A DNA stretch of 64,000 bases, taken from contig NC_090332.1 in the NCBI RefSeq assembly GCF_035084215.1, positions 12,214,001 to 12,278,000 on the forward strand. Reading direction: 5' to 3'. The translations under genes and the position numbers were made by a program. The stretch's first letter is position 1. Each line of letters begins with the position of its first letter. Origin of the DNA: Heptranchias perlo. Lineage: Eukaryota. Shown in pieces: positions 1 to 10,994 of this stretch. The notes under the pieces are model-generated. The model worked only from the letters and a program-made list of their open reading frames with translations, was not told where the DNA came from and did not search any database.

Positions 1-89
1 GTCAGTGCACACCCCGTTCTGGATCACCAACGGGCGATGATTTACCTGGCGTCTCAGCTATAGCAGGGAGCAGCGAGCAATCACACAGG

Positions 90-1000
90 CTCAGAACAAT
101 GGAGGTTGTCAGTCTTTCTCTTGAAACCCCCACTGATTTATATGTTTGCTCTTTAGTCTGGTATCGCTTTGCTAGCCATGTGTTCCAACTTCAGTGCGTT
201 ATCTTATTGCCTTGCGAAAAAATAATGCAAACACCAGTGGTTCATTCATTGTACAGTTAAGGGCAGCCATTGTTTACTAAGTCAGGCAACTTTTCATTGC
301 CTTTCGCTGACAGAATTGTCATATTCATTAATATTCAACTACAATAAGCACTATATTACCATTTATTTTGGGTTTGAGCACTGGCAGTTGAAAAGGTCAG
401 GGTGATTGGAGTTGTGTGAAATGCTGTACAAATATTTGGGTTGCACAGTGTCAGTGGTCATTAACATATATTTAACTCTGATATTAACTGTATCATTTGG
501 GGGGGGGAGGGGGTCATTAATATTTCTTTGTTGCTGACAGACAAAACGCATAATAATGGGAAAACAGCCAATCTTATTTTTGTTCTGTGGATTGTGCACA
601 TTACCCTTTTATAGGGCAGAGTGACCCATGTATTTCAGCAGTGCCTCCCCGCGTTATCAATAGTGCAGACCACCCGAACCCGGGACTCAGGGAAAATTGA
701 TCGATAAAGCGAAGAAAAGATCTCTTGCTGATGGCGTTTCACGGGATAAATGCTTAGCCTCTACACACCAGGTTAATGAGGCATTGTCGGCCTAGTTAAT
801 CGTCTTGGAGCGCAGTTTGCCAGAGACAGGGGAGAGTGCCGTGAAGTGATTGGTGACCCGACGATGTTCTCAATCACTGATGGGCATCTGATGCTAATTT
901 AGATTCTTCCTTAACGCAAATTGGACATGAAACGAACGGACAAAAGGTGAAGCAGATTGAAAGGCTGTAGATATAAATCTTGCTTTATTTACTGCTCTTT
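90..1000. promoter_or_regulatory. Candidate conserved non-coding/enhancer island (TE-free, SOX/FOX/homeobox motifs)
   Basis: No recognisable repeats; AACAATG 95-101, CATTGT 247-252, CATTGTT 268-274 overlapping TGTTTAC 271-277, several TAAT cores. Function is inference only. Confidence 0.25.
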
Positions 1001-1184
1001 TCAATCTTGGTATCCTGTCCTATGGGCCGTGGTTTTTCACCTTGGTGTCACAGTGTTAAAAAAATACATATTTATAGATTCTGCTGTAGTATGCACTTAC
1101 CCTGGCAACTAATGTAATGATGAGCAGAGTTTGCCTAGCAGACTGTTCCCATTAAATACCTCATTTATGCTGCAGAAAGACATG

Positions 1185-1243
1185 GAAAGGAAGAACTTGC
1201 ATTTATGTAGCACGACCTCAAGACATGCCAAAAGCGCTTCACA
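1185..1243 (-). mobile_element. Deu-domain SINE (SacSINE1/AmnSINE1-like) 3' tail fragment
   Basis: Reverse complement of the tail seen at 41470-41530 (aaagcgctttgggacgtcctgaggt...taaatgcaagt). Confidence 0.75.
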
Positions 1244-1254
1244 CTGTCTGCACC

Positions 1255-1512
1255 AGGCGGCAAAGCCACAGCAGCTCCTCCCCCACCCCCTCAGGCCACG
1301 GTTAAAATTGCAGTCGGGGTCTGTTGATGTCGTCGGACCCCCCCTATTTAAAGAAGGACCCCTTCGGCTTAAGGTGAGGTGTCCTTGCTGCGTGTTCAGA
1401 AGAGCAGGTTGAAATAGAAGACAGTGGGATCAGTGTGTGAGGTCGGCACTAAGTCACCTGGCCGATTTTAACTGCTCGCCCGGTTTCCTCCAGGTGGGCA
1501 GGGTTGAAATCG
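1255..1512. mobile_element. Harbinger-type MITE fragment
   Basis: gttaaaattgcagtcgg...gattttaactgctc...gggcagggttgaaatc matches the end of the element at 21060-21252 and 22130-22280. Confidence 0.65.
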
Positions 1513-2011
1513 AGAGCTTGAAATGGCACTGTGCGATATTAGTAAGGAATTCCTTAACCCTAAAATAGCAGATGCAGCAATTTCCTACAAAGTCATTACT
1601 AACACTGACTAAGCAAGATTTCAGCACCCAGTAGTCTGACTTGTGGTTCTTTCGGCAGCAGAAGGAAAGGAGAAAAATCAGCACAAAGATTTACACATTT
1701 ATCATTAATAATTCAGAAAAAAAACATGCATTTACAAAGTGTAGAGAACCTAATCAGATCAAAAGAAATCAATTATGATAATCGTCCCTCACTTTAATAT
1801 GTAAATAGGATCAAACTGGGATCATTGTCCCCAGGCGGTCTCTGAGGTGATTGGACTTCTGTAGGCCTGTAATTAGATTTCCATATTTCTTAACTCACTT
1901 GCACATTAATTCTCTTGTTGCACATTAATAAAGAAAAGGCTTTCTGGAATGATAACGCTGCTTTACTTTGCATAGCCAGCACTGTCTTTTGGAAGTTAGA
2001 ACAGAAGATAA

Positions 2012-2900
2012 CTGGGAATGTGTCATTATTTACATGGGGGACCTGGGAATGTGTCATTATTCACAGAGGGCACGTGGGAGTGTGTCATTATTTACAGGGG
2101 GTACCTGGGAGTGTGTCATTATTTACATGGGGTACCTGGGAGTGTGTCATTATTTACATGGGGTACCTGGGAGTGTGTCATTATTTACATGGGGTACCTG
2201 GGAGTGTGTCATTATTTACAGGGGGTACCTGGGAGTGTGTCATTATTTACATGGGGTACCTGGGAGTGTGTCATTATTTACATGGGGTACCTGGGAGTGT
2301 GTCATTATTTACATGGGGTACCTGGGAGTGTGTCATTATTTACATGGATTACTTGGGAGTGTGTCATTATTTACAGGGGGTACCTGGGAGTGTGTCATTA
2401 TTTACATGGGTTACTTGGGAGTGTGTCATTATTTACATGGGTTACTTGGTAGTGTGTCATTATTTACATGGGGTACCTGGGAGTGTGTCATTATTTACAT
2501 GGGTTACTTGGGAGTGTGTCATTATTTACATGGGTTACTTGGGAGTGTGTCATTATTTACATGGGGTACCTGGGAGTGTGTCATTATTTACATGGATTAC
2601 TTGGTAGTGTGTCATTATTTACAGGGGGTACCTGGGAGTGTGTCATTATTTACAGGGGGTACCTGGGAGTGTGCCATTATTTACAGGGGGTTCCTTAGAA
2701 GGTGTCACCCTTTACAAGAGTTACCTGGGATTGCGTTTGCATTTGCAGGGGTACATCAGAGTGCATCATTATTGACAGGGGGTTGCAAGGAGTGTGCCAG
2801 TATTGACAGGGGGTCGCAGGGAGTGTGCCAGTATTGACAGGGAGTCGCAGAGAGTGTGCCAGTATTGGCAGGGGGTCCCTGGAAGAGTGTCAATATTTGT
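2012..2900. repeat. Minisatellite, 31-bp unit (ctgggagtgtgtcattatttacatggggtac)
   Basis: About 22 well-conserved tandem units to ~2690, then degenerate ~30-bp units to ~2900. Confidence 0.97.
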
Positions 2901-3727
2901 TGGAAGTTTTGAAACCCACTGAATTAAATTGATTAGACCATAGATTGCTCCATACTTTATAAACCATGGACATTAATTTTATGAGTCCACATTGCATCTG
3001 CGTCAGTGCCTGTGTGGTAAACAAACTGTACAGTATGGTTAATAAAAATAGATTTCATTTGGTGCTCTGTTGGGCTGCTCCAAATGAATATTTATCACCT
3101 ATTTTGAGTGCACATTTTTATAGAATTTTGAAGGAACAGCACTATGGTTGATTTTTGAAATAACAGTAGATATATATTAACCATTGAATGGAAAGGACAT
3201 GAATATATCAGGATATTTATATCCATATTTATCTGTATAATTTACCCTTTATGTAATGTTTGGAACAGGTAAAGGCTATTTGGTCCAATACATCTGTCTA
3301 TTTTTGATTGATTCGAATCCCAACTTTCTGCCTTTTCACCAAATCCTCCTGTCCCGACATTTACTTGGGGCAGTTGGGAGTGAAGCGTTGCCTGGGCAGA
3401 TTGCACAGAGAAAAACCGGGTGAGAAAGACCTCACTTCAGTAACGGAGCTCGCCTGGTTTTCCACTTGTTAATTAAACGGAGGGGAAGGTGAACGTGCGT
3501 TCCTTCTCACCGAATTTCTTCTGTCAGGTGATGCTTTACACCCAACAGCCAAAGTGGACAACCTGCTGCTTTATCTCAAACCCACGTGTACAGTCTGCTT
3601 CACTGGTTTCCCTGCCAACGTTCGGGGTAAATCCTGTGCGGTAGAAGAAATGGCCACACCTGGTGCAGGACATTCAAAGTGGCCATTCCCACTGCAGCCC
3701 GATTTTAAAGAAAAGCAGAGCAAAGTG

Positions 3728-4215
3728 GCACCCGTATTGTATCTAAAGTACCCACAGAACATCCACTCAGCTACCACAGCGGGGGGGGGGGGGGGGAATT
3801 CCACTCCCTCAGTGTTCAGATAGTTTGTGACAGTGATCAGAGGGTTCTCCATGCCAATGCCTGATATGTACAAAGTTGCCATGATGCCTTCGTCCTTCAT
3901 CATTCGGCCCTCCTTCAGGGAAGAGAATCAGATCCATGGATGGTTTCAGGGCGACAAAGCATAATCCCCTGCTCCCATGGCCAATGGCCCCAGTCAGAGT
4001 ACCACCAACAGCACCAGAGGAACGCTACGATGAGGCTGGTGATTGGGTGGATCATCGGGTTGTGGAAAACACACTTTCACTGGCTGGACAGGTCAGGAGG
4101 AGATCTGCAACATGCTGCAGATCAGGTGTCCAGAATAATGATAGCCTGCAGTGCCCTTCACAACTTTGCCATTCAGGAAGGGTTGTACTTTGTCATGTCT
4201 GAGGAGGAGACCCTG
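3728..4215 (+). pseudogene. PIF/Harbinger (HARBI1-like) DDE transposase remnant, C-terminal half
   Basis: Frameshifted translation: GTRIVSKVP..EFHSLSVQIVCD..*..SCHDAFVL..GWFQGDKA..LLPWPMAPVR..EERYDEA..IIGLWKTHFHWLDRSGGDLQH..VSRIMIACSALHNFA, matching Harbinger motifs (FHSLNVQ.VCD, HD, GDKGYP, CLDRSGG, CC.LHN). Confidence 0.88.
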
Positions 4216-4569
4216 GCTCCAGTGGATCCATAAATAAATGGAGCAGACCATCAGGATGACCGGCACTCAGAGGAGTCCTTGCTGACCACCAGAGGAAAGA
4301 TCTCTTGGAAATCTCCTCTGTCTAACTCAGTCTACCTCCTTCTCCCACATTTGCAAATGAAGATACATTTCCTCTTCTCGCTACCCATCCTACCACATGA
4401 CAACACACCTGCCCCAATATAACCATGAAGGTAACCATCACTTGAGTAAATAGTCAGCTCTAAATGAGTGCTCCTTTCCTGAAGGACGGTAATCTCCACG
4501 AGTAACAAAGTGCCACGTCAGCGCATAGTCTATTTTAATACGATAATTTGCAAAGTGCAAACAAACATT

Positions 4570-4900
4570 CACCTTACTCTTTCATACCACCGTGCTTCCC
4601 CAGGTGCCTACACTTGGTCTTCATCATCCTCATCGTCATCATCGTGTTTCTCCTCCTGTGCCACCTGTTGAAATGGCGGATCTGCAGGAAAGAAGGATAG
4701 GAGCTAAGAGTGACAGGGGGAAGGGAGTGCATGGTTGTCGGTATGTGATACTTCACAAGGTTGCCAGACTGCCTGTGAAGGTGCTGTTAGTAACCTGGCA
4801 ATGGCAAAATGCAACGAGAAAAGCAAGCTGTTCTGTTCAAAGATCACGTGCTAACAGCTGACACCAACATGGACTCTCACCATCTCCTGAAGGAAAGTTC
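4570..4900 (-). mobile_element. Possible Harbinger accessory (Myb/SANT partner) exon remnant
   Basis: Minus-strand ttctttcctgcag acceptor followed by acidic PPFQQVAQEEKHDDDDEDDEDQV*, convergent with the transposase remnant. No diagnostic motif. Confidence 0.25.
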
Positions 4901-4927
4901 TGTAAATATTTTCCCTGACCACCCTTC

Positions 4928-5640
4928 AACAACAACAGCATCAACAACTTGCATTTATATAGCGCCTTTGATGTAGTAAAATGTCCCAAGGCGCTTCATC
5001 GGAGCGATTATCAAACAAAATTTGTCACCGAGCCAGGTAAGGAGATATTAGGATAGGTGACTAAAAGCTTGGCCAAAGAGGTTGGTTTTAAGGAGCGTCT
5101 TAAAGGAAGAGAGAGAGGGTTAGAGGATTAGGGAGGAGATCCAGAGCTAAGGGCCTAGATGGCTAAAGGCACGGCCGCCAATGGTGGAGTGATTAAAATC
5201 AGGGATGCACAAGAGGCAAGAATTGGAGGAGTGCAGAGATCCCGGCGAGTTGTAGGGCTGGAGGAGATTATAGAGATAGGGAGGAGCGAGGCCATTGAGA
5301 GATTTGAAAACAAGGACAAGAATTTAAAAATCAAGGCGTCTTGGACCAGGAGCCAATGTAGGTCGGCGAGCACAGGGTGATGGGTGAACAGGACTTGGTG
5401 TGAGTTAGGATACGGTCAGCAGAGTTTTGGATGAGTTCAAATTTACGGAGGGTGGAAGGTGGGAGGCCGGCCAGGAGAGCGTTAGAGTAGTCCAGTCTAG
5501 AGGTAAAAAAGGCATGAATGAGGGTTTCAGCAGCAGATGAGCTGAGACAGGGATGGGGACGGACGATGTTACGGATGTGGAAGTAGGCGGTCTTGGTGGT
5601 GGAGAGGGTATAGGATCGGAAACTCAGCTCAGGGTCAAAT
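4928..5640 (-). mobile_element. L2-clade LINE, 5'-truncated 3' end
   Basis: LADLHWL..FK motif on minus strand; tail aaaggcgctatataaatgcaagttgttg. Confidence 0.92.
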
Positions 5641-6310
5641 TTCGCCGAAGCTAATCAAGTAAAGTTCCGGAATATTTACCTATCCATTCCAACATATCCA
5701 CTATTCGACCCTGGCTGGCTGCTTTCCACAGATAAAATTCCCTTAGCCACAGCAACACAGAGAAAACCCTGTCCCACGGAGTATTTGATAATCTCTGACT
5801 TAACTTATCACTACGACCTTGAATCCAGTTCCTAACCAGATAATGATCCAGTTTGTTTTGAAGCAGTTAATCAATAGAGCAGGAAGTGATTTTGCAGGAA
5901 CGAGGCTCCTTGTGTCATTTGCTGCGTTGGGGAAATGTTTCTCCTAATCTTTATGTTTGTTGATTTTGTACTTGTGTACCAGGATGTGGCTGGTGACCAG
6001 GATGTGCTGTGGATGCATCATCAATTTCATAAACTAAAATGTGGCCGACAGGGGAAAGAAATGGCCCAGAGACTAACGGGTTGAAATATAAAGTGTAATT
6101 TTCAGATCATCTAAATTAGTGGTCGGAAAATTGTGCACGCCCAACGCTCCAATGCGTGCTTGTGCTGGGTGAGGCTCCTCATTGGGAGCACAAAGTCAGA
6201 AAATAACTCCTGAAGTGTCAATTGGGCCTCAAACATGTACCTTTATATGAAGTTAAGCATGAATACACTGGAGATATAAACAGACTTGTGACACTGACTG
6301 TGACCTAAAA

Positions 6311-6982
6311 GGGCCAATTTTCCTGCTTTTCCCCTTTGCCTGGGTGCTACACAAGATGGGCACGCCCGAAGTGTGTTGTTCCTGTCGCATCAGCCCTGGG
6401 CCGTTGACATGGCCTGGGATTATCCCCAGTGCACGGCCCATCCCATCCCCTGGCCGGGCCTAGCACTGGCAGTGGGGTCAAGAACGTAAGGATCGTCTGC
6501 AGGCCTGCAGTTGCGAGTCTGGTCTGGGTGATTGGCAGCTGCCGGCCGCTGATGGACTTGGGCAGCCAGAAGGTCCCAACAGGATTTCCGGGTCCTGGTG
6601 AAGGGTTAAAGTCAACTCTGTAGGCCTACCTGTGATTCTTCGGCCTACCCCGGAACACCCATGGACGCACGGGTTGGTGGGGATTCAGTGGCAGGCCACA
6701 GCACCATCTTTTCACCCATGCACTGGGGCACCCAACAAACATTGAAGATGGAGAATGAAGCAGGGGATCCGGAATGGTTCCTCCTGCCTCTTTTAGGTGC
6801 TTTCGCCGGGCCTGAGCTTACTATAGGAGCAGGCCAAGATCGTTCCCTCTCCCTCCCTTCCCAACCCCCCTCACCCACCCACCCAGGAAAGCCCAGAGAC
6901 AATGATGAAAGGGGTAGCAACCCAGCAATCTGGGTCTCTGCCTCTTTTTCATGACCTGGCACGGGCCCAGGAAATTTGGGCC
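6311..6982. mobile_element. MITE (Harbinger-like)
   Basis: Imperfect TIRs gggccaattttcctg / caggaaatttgggcc; GC-rich non-coding interior. Confidence 0.6.
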
Positions 6983-7317
6983 TATAGCCTGGATAAAACT
7001 GAGTGCGAGAAAGACACAGGCACGGGATTCTGCCGACTGCCTACCTGAATGTGCAGGACCTGCCGGGAATGGAGGCTGTGAGGGTCTCCGTGCATGCTGT
7101 CACTTCCCCAGGTGAAGCTGCAGCGACTTGAGGGTCCACCTACCTGTTCTTGTACTTCAACACACGTTGCTGTTGAAGGCTGAGCCCTCAGTTTACTCAC
7201 TGGCGTGTGTAAACATAAAGTAATGTACTTCAGTGAGGATTGCAAGCCCTTCACTCATTGTCGTCTGTACTCTGCCTTCAAGTCTGCTGAACCTGGCTAT
7301 TACATCAGCAACTTTAA

Positions 7318-7700
7318 AAAAATTATTCATTCTCAGGATGTGGGTGTCACTGCAAGGCCAGCATTTATTGCCCATCCCTAGAACTGAGTGGCTTGCTAGG
7401 CCAATTCAGATGTCAGTTTAGAGTTGACTGCATTGAAGTGGGGCTAGAGTCACATATAGGCCAGACAGCAGGTTTCCTTCCCTAAAGGATATTAGCAAAC
7501 TATTTTGGTTTTTACAACAATCCGATAGCTTCAGGGTCACTTTTTGTGATTCCAGATTTTTTTTTATTTCCAGATTTTTTTTTTAAGAACTGAATTCAAA
7601 TTCTCAAACTTGCCATAGTTGGATTTGAGCTCTACTAGATTATTAGTCCAAGCCTCTAGATTACTAGTCCAGTAACATAACCACTGCACTACCCTACCCC
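7318..7700 (-). mobile_element. tRNA-derived SINE with LINE-B tail
   Basis: Minus-strand head gtagtgcagtggttatgttactggactagtaatc..; body shared with 53402-53797; tail gggatgggcaataaatgctgg..cccacatcc shared with LINE-B. Confidence 0.85.
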
Positions 7701-7976
7701 ATGAACATGGACCTCAATACATAGCCACATCAGTAAAAGCATTCCTGAGAGATGCTGAAACTGTATTCTCACCCTGTGTGCCCGAGATCTCCCCCTGCAG
7801 AACCCATTAATGGTGCATGGTTCTCACTGGCAGTCTGCAGAGCTGACAACTTGCTGCATTGAAGTGGCAAATTGGCTGGAAGAAATGCTGGACTGAAGCA
7901 AGAACCTTGTGCATTTGCAGTTGTTCATGTGGTGAACGTGTTTCATGGGTGGTCCTGTGAGGATAGAAGTGACGGA

Positions 7977-8315
7977 GCAGGACCCCTGACCATGCCCAAC
8001 CTTCGCTCGGTAGGACTCAATGGAATTCTCTACCCCAGAGGGCTGTGGATGCTCAGTCGTTGAGTGTATTCAAGACTGAGATCAATAGATTTTTGGACAC
8101 TAAGGGAATCAAGGGATAAGGGGACAGGACAGGGAAGTGGAGTTGAGGTAGAAGATCAGCCATGATCTTATTGACTGGCAGAGCAGGCTCGAGGGGCCGT
8201 ATGGCCTACTCCTGCTCATATTTCTTATGTTCACTCAGTGGGACCCCCTGATCGTGCTCAACCTTCACTCAGCGGGACCCCTGGCTGTACCCCACCTTCA
8301 TTCAGCAGGACCCTG
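7977..8315. repeat. Degenerate ~34-bp tandem repeat interrupted by a CR1 tail
   Basis: Units like ggacccctga.c.tgc.caaccttcactcag on both sides of 8021-8232. Confidence 0.6.
8021..8232 (+). mobile_element. CR1 LINE (family A) 3' end
   Basis: WNSLPQRAVDAQSLS.FK motif; tail ggcctactcctgctc..tttcttatgtt as at 29700-29923. Confidence 0.92.
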
Positions 8316-8789
8316 CTCTTTGATCCCTACCACCTCTGATCCTTTCTATCCATAATCAATGACTTACTCGCTGAGATCTTCTGTTTCATTGTTCCTAATG
8401 CACAATAAGAAAGTGTAGTAGAAAGTTATGCATCTCTAGCCTATGATTTTCCACCCAGTGATTGAAAGCTCACAGGTTTTGGGGGTGCACCTTCCTATCA
8501 TGTGCTTTCATTGTGCACCAGGAGCACTGAAGTAGAAATTCCCAGCCACTCTGGGTAGCTCACTATCCTCCTTGAAAATGTGTGGCACCAGACTGGTGTT
8601 TTGGGTGGCATACTGCCCTGTGCTGCAGGTGCAGTCCCGATGGATCAGGTTGACTGTGTGAGCACAATTAGCCCTGAGGCACCGTGGAGCACTCCATTGT
8701 TGCAGCAAGTGTATTCGTATGTTTGTGCCAGAGCAGAAACATTGCTTCGAACGTGGTTCAAGTGACACAATGAACATAAGTGATAATCA

Positions 8790-9140
8790 TAATAGAAACC
8801 TTGAACATCTGGACCCACACAAACCTCTGCATCACCCAGGCAGTGTACTGTTTCCAACTCAATGATCTCCATTATGGTGTAGTTGTAAGTGGTGAGGGAG
8901 TATTTTGCAACCCTCCACCAGTTAATGCACCTGTTGAATGCTGCTTTGTTCTGCAAAGAAAAGAACAGCATGCATTGCATGAGCAGGTTCAGGGCCAATA
9001 ATGTCATAATCAGCATCCTTAGCGTTCCTGTCGTGCACCAGGCAGATGCCAGCCTCATTAAGGCTTCAAAAAGAATGTTTAATGAAGAAAGGACCTCATA
9101 GGTGGTTTCAGTTTCTGAACAGTACTGCTAGAGCTCGGTA
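8790..9140 (-). pseudogene. Harbinger Myb/SANT-like partner gene remnant
   Basis: Minus-strand ttcttttctttgcag acceptor, then NKAAFNR..(fs)TGGG..LTTY..MEII.LE..LGDAEV, resembling the K.AHNRRE..TGGG.P..LT..EE..LE..G..GD.EV segment of Harbinger Myb-like proteins (recalled). Confidence 0.55.
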
Positions 9141-9164
9141 TATGTATTTAGGATGGGCTATAAA

Positions 9165-10165
9165 GGAGATTGCTGAGATAGGGCAAGGTCAAGGAGAGGT
9201 TTGAAGATGAAATGAGTTGGGGGACAGCCAGCTGATGTAGATCAGTGAAGGCAGGAGTGATGGGCAGGTGGGACTTAATGCACGACAGGAAACAGGCAGC
9301 CGAGTTTTGTTATTTATGGAGGTAAGAGGATGGGAGGCCACCAAAAAGGGCATCGGAGGAATTGATTCTAGAGGTGAGAAAGGGTTTCAGTGGTGGTGCA
9401 GAGGGAGAAACAGAAGCAAGCAATGTTCAAGAGATGGGAATCAGTGGTCTTGGTGATGGTCAGAAAGTGGGGTTTGAATCTTGGTTCTGAGTCAAACAGG
9501 AAACCAAGGTTCAATCTGAACGAGTGCCTGGGGAGGGGGATAGAGTCAGTGGCAATGGAACGAAGTTTATGGCGGGTCCCCAAAAAACGGTTTCCGTTTT
9601 TCTGATGTTCAGTGGGAAGGAATTTTGACTCATCTCGGATTGATGTGGGTCAGGCAATCCCATAGCACAGCGATAACCGCGGAGTCAAAGGATGTGGTGG
9701 AGAGGTAGAACTGGGTGTTATTGGTCCACATATGGAAGCTCATCCTCCACCTGTGGATGACATTACCAAGGGACAGCATCTAGATGAGAAAGAGGAGGCG
9801 GGCCAAGGGAAGATCCTTGGGGGACTGTGGAGGTGACTGCGGTGGTGGGTGGGGGGTGGGGGTAGGGCGCGGGGAAGGAAGCCGTTGCTGGAGATACTCT
9901 GGCTGCAGTTGGACAGGGAGGATTGGAACCATACGAGGGCACTTCCACATAGTTGGACAGTAGAGGAAAGGCAATGGGCAAGGATGAACATAATGAATGC
10001 TGTGGAGGCGTCAAGAAGGACAAGGAAGGATAATGCACCACAGTCACAGGATGAAGTGATGTAAGTAGGGTTGGAAGTGGGAATGAAGGGATTCGAACCG
10101 GGAATGAAGGGATTCGAACCGGGAATGCGGGCAGCGATGAGCATGGAACGACATGTTCAAGGACA
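9165..10165 (-). mobile_element. L2 LINE RT region, older degenerate copy
   Basis: Minus-strand CDCGALSFLVLLDASTAF, VPQGSSLGP, NLGFLFDSE and TITKT motifs. Confidence 0.88.
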
Positions 10166-10649
10166 ATCGGTAGCTGGGATTCATATTGATTTTTCATAAG
10201 TTTACCATTTCTCAACCTGTAGCTCACGTATTACTTTAAACTCAGCCACTTAATTGCACATCCAATTAAATATAACATTTCATATTCTGTCACCTCGCAC
10301 TTTAGTTCCACTGAGTCTCTTCTGCTTGTGTTGTTACATTGAATATTGAGGCAGCTGCACTGAAACCATCCTCACACTACTGATGTTGCCAACTTCTGTA
10401 TTTTCTGGTGGTGGGCTAGCTCTGATTTATATCCGTTTTGCTCAATGTGGAGATCCTCAAAAGACTTAGTAGGGGCAAGGGTGTGTAAGCAACTCAAAGC
10501 AGATGGCTTGCAATGTAGAGAGAAGACTGTATTTATGACTCTCACGGGTACCGTTATGGGGCTTGCTTCAGTCTGTACATGTGAGGATGCATGAATGGGT
10601 GTGGTCAGTCAGTGTAAATAGTAAGAGCAGTATCGGTGTCACTATCTCC

Positions 10650-10795
10650 TGTCCTTTCACCTCTGATGCTTGGCTTTGAGCCCAGCCCCAACAGACAATA
10701 GTGACATTCTCCATCTTGAAAGCTGAGTGAGCTCCCACATGAATCCTGAGCACAAAACATCTGGGAAAATTGGCACTAATGCACTAATCCCACAC
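10650..10795 (+). mobile_element. LF-SINE-like fragment
   Basis: cctttcacctctg..ggctttgagcccagccc and aattggcactaat resemble recalled LF-SINE consensus blocks; related to 20410-20570. Confidence 0.45.
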
Positions 10796-10994
10796 AGAGG
10801 TTTCCACCTTTTGTCCAAAAACCGGAAGGGGGGGAAGGAAGCGGATGAGATAGTGGGTGGCAACTTTTTTTTTAAGTTCTGCAGATTGCTTTATTGTTAA
10901 TGTCAATTCATTACATACATATAATAGCTGTAATAACTAACCCCTTCGTGTTATTAGACACAGGTGTAATTAAGGGAAATAGTCTGCTTAATAA

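Noticed and set aside
1915-2837. Long overlapping ORFs (230 and 289 aa) with Cys/His/Trp repeats
   Set aside because: Translation of a 31-bp stop-poor minisatellite; all frames give the same permuted peptide.
10079-10127. Duplicated perfect Pol III B box (GGTTCGAATCC on minus) in a 21-bp tandem duplication
   Set aside because: Lies in L2 RT-coding sequence; no A box or tRNA fold.
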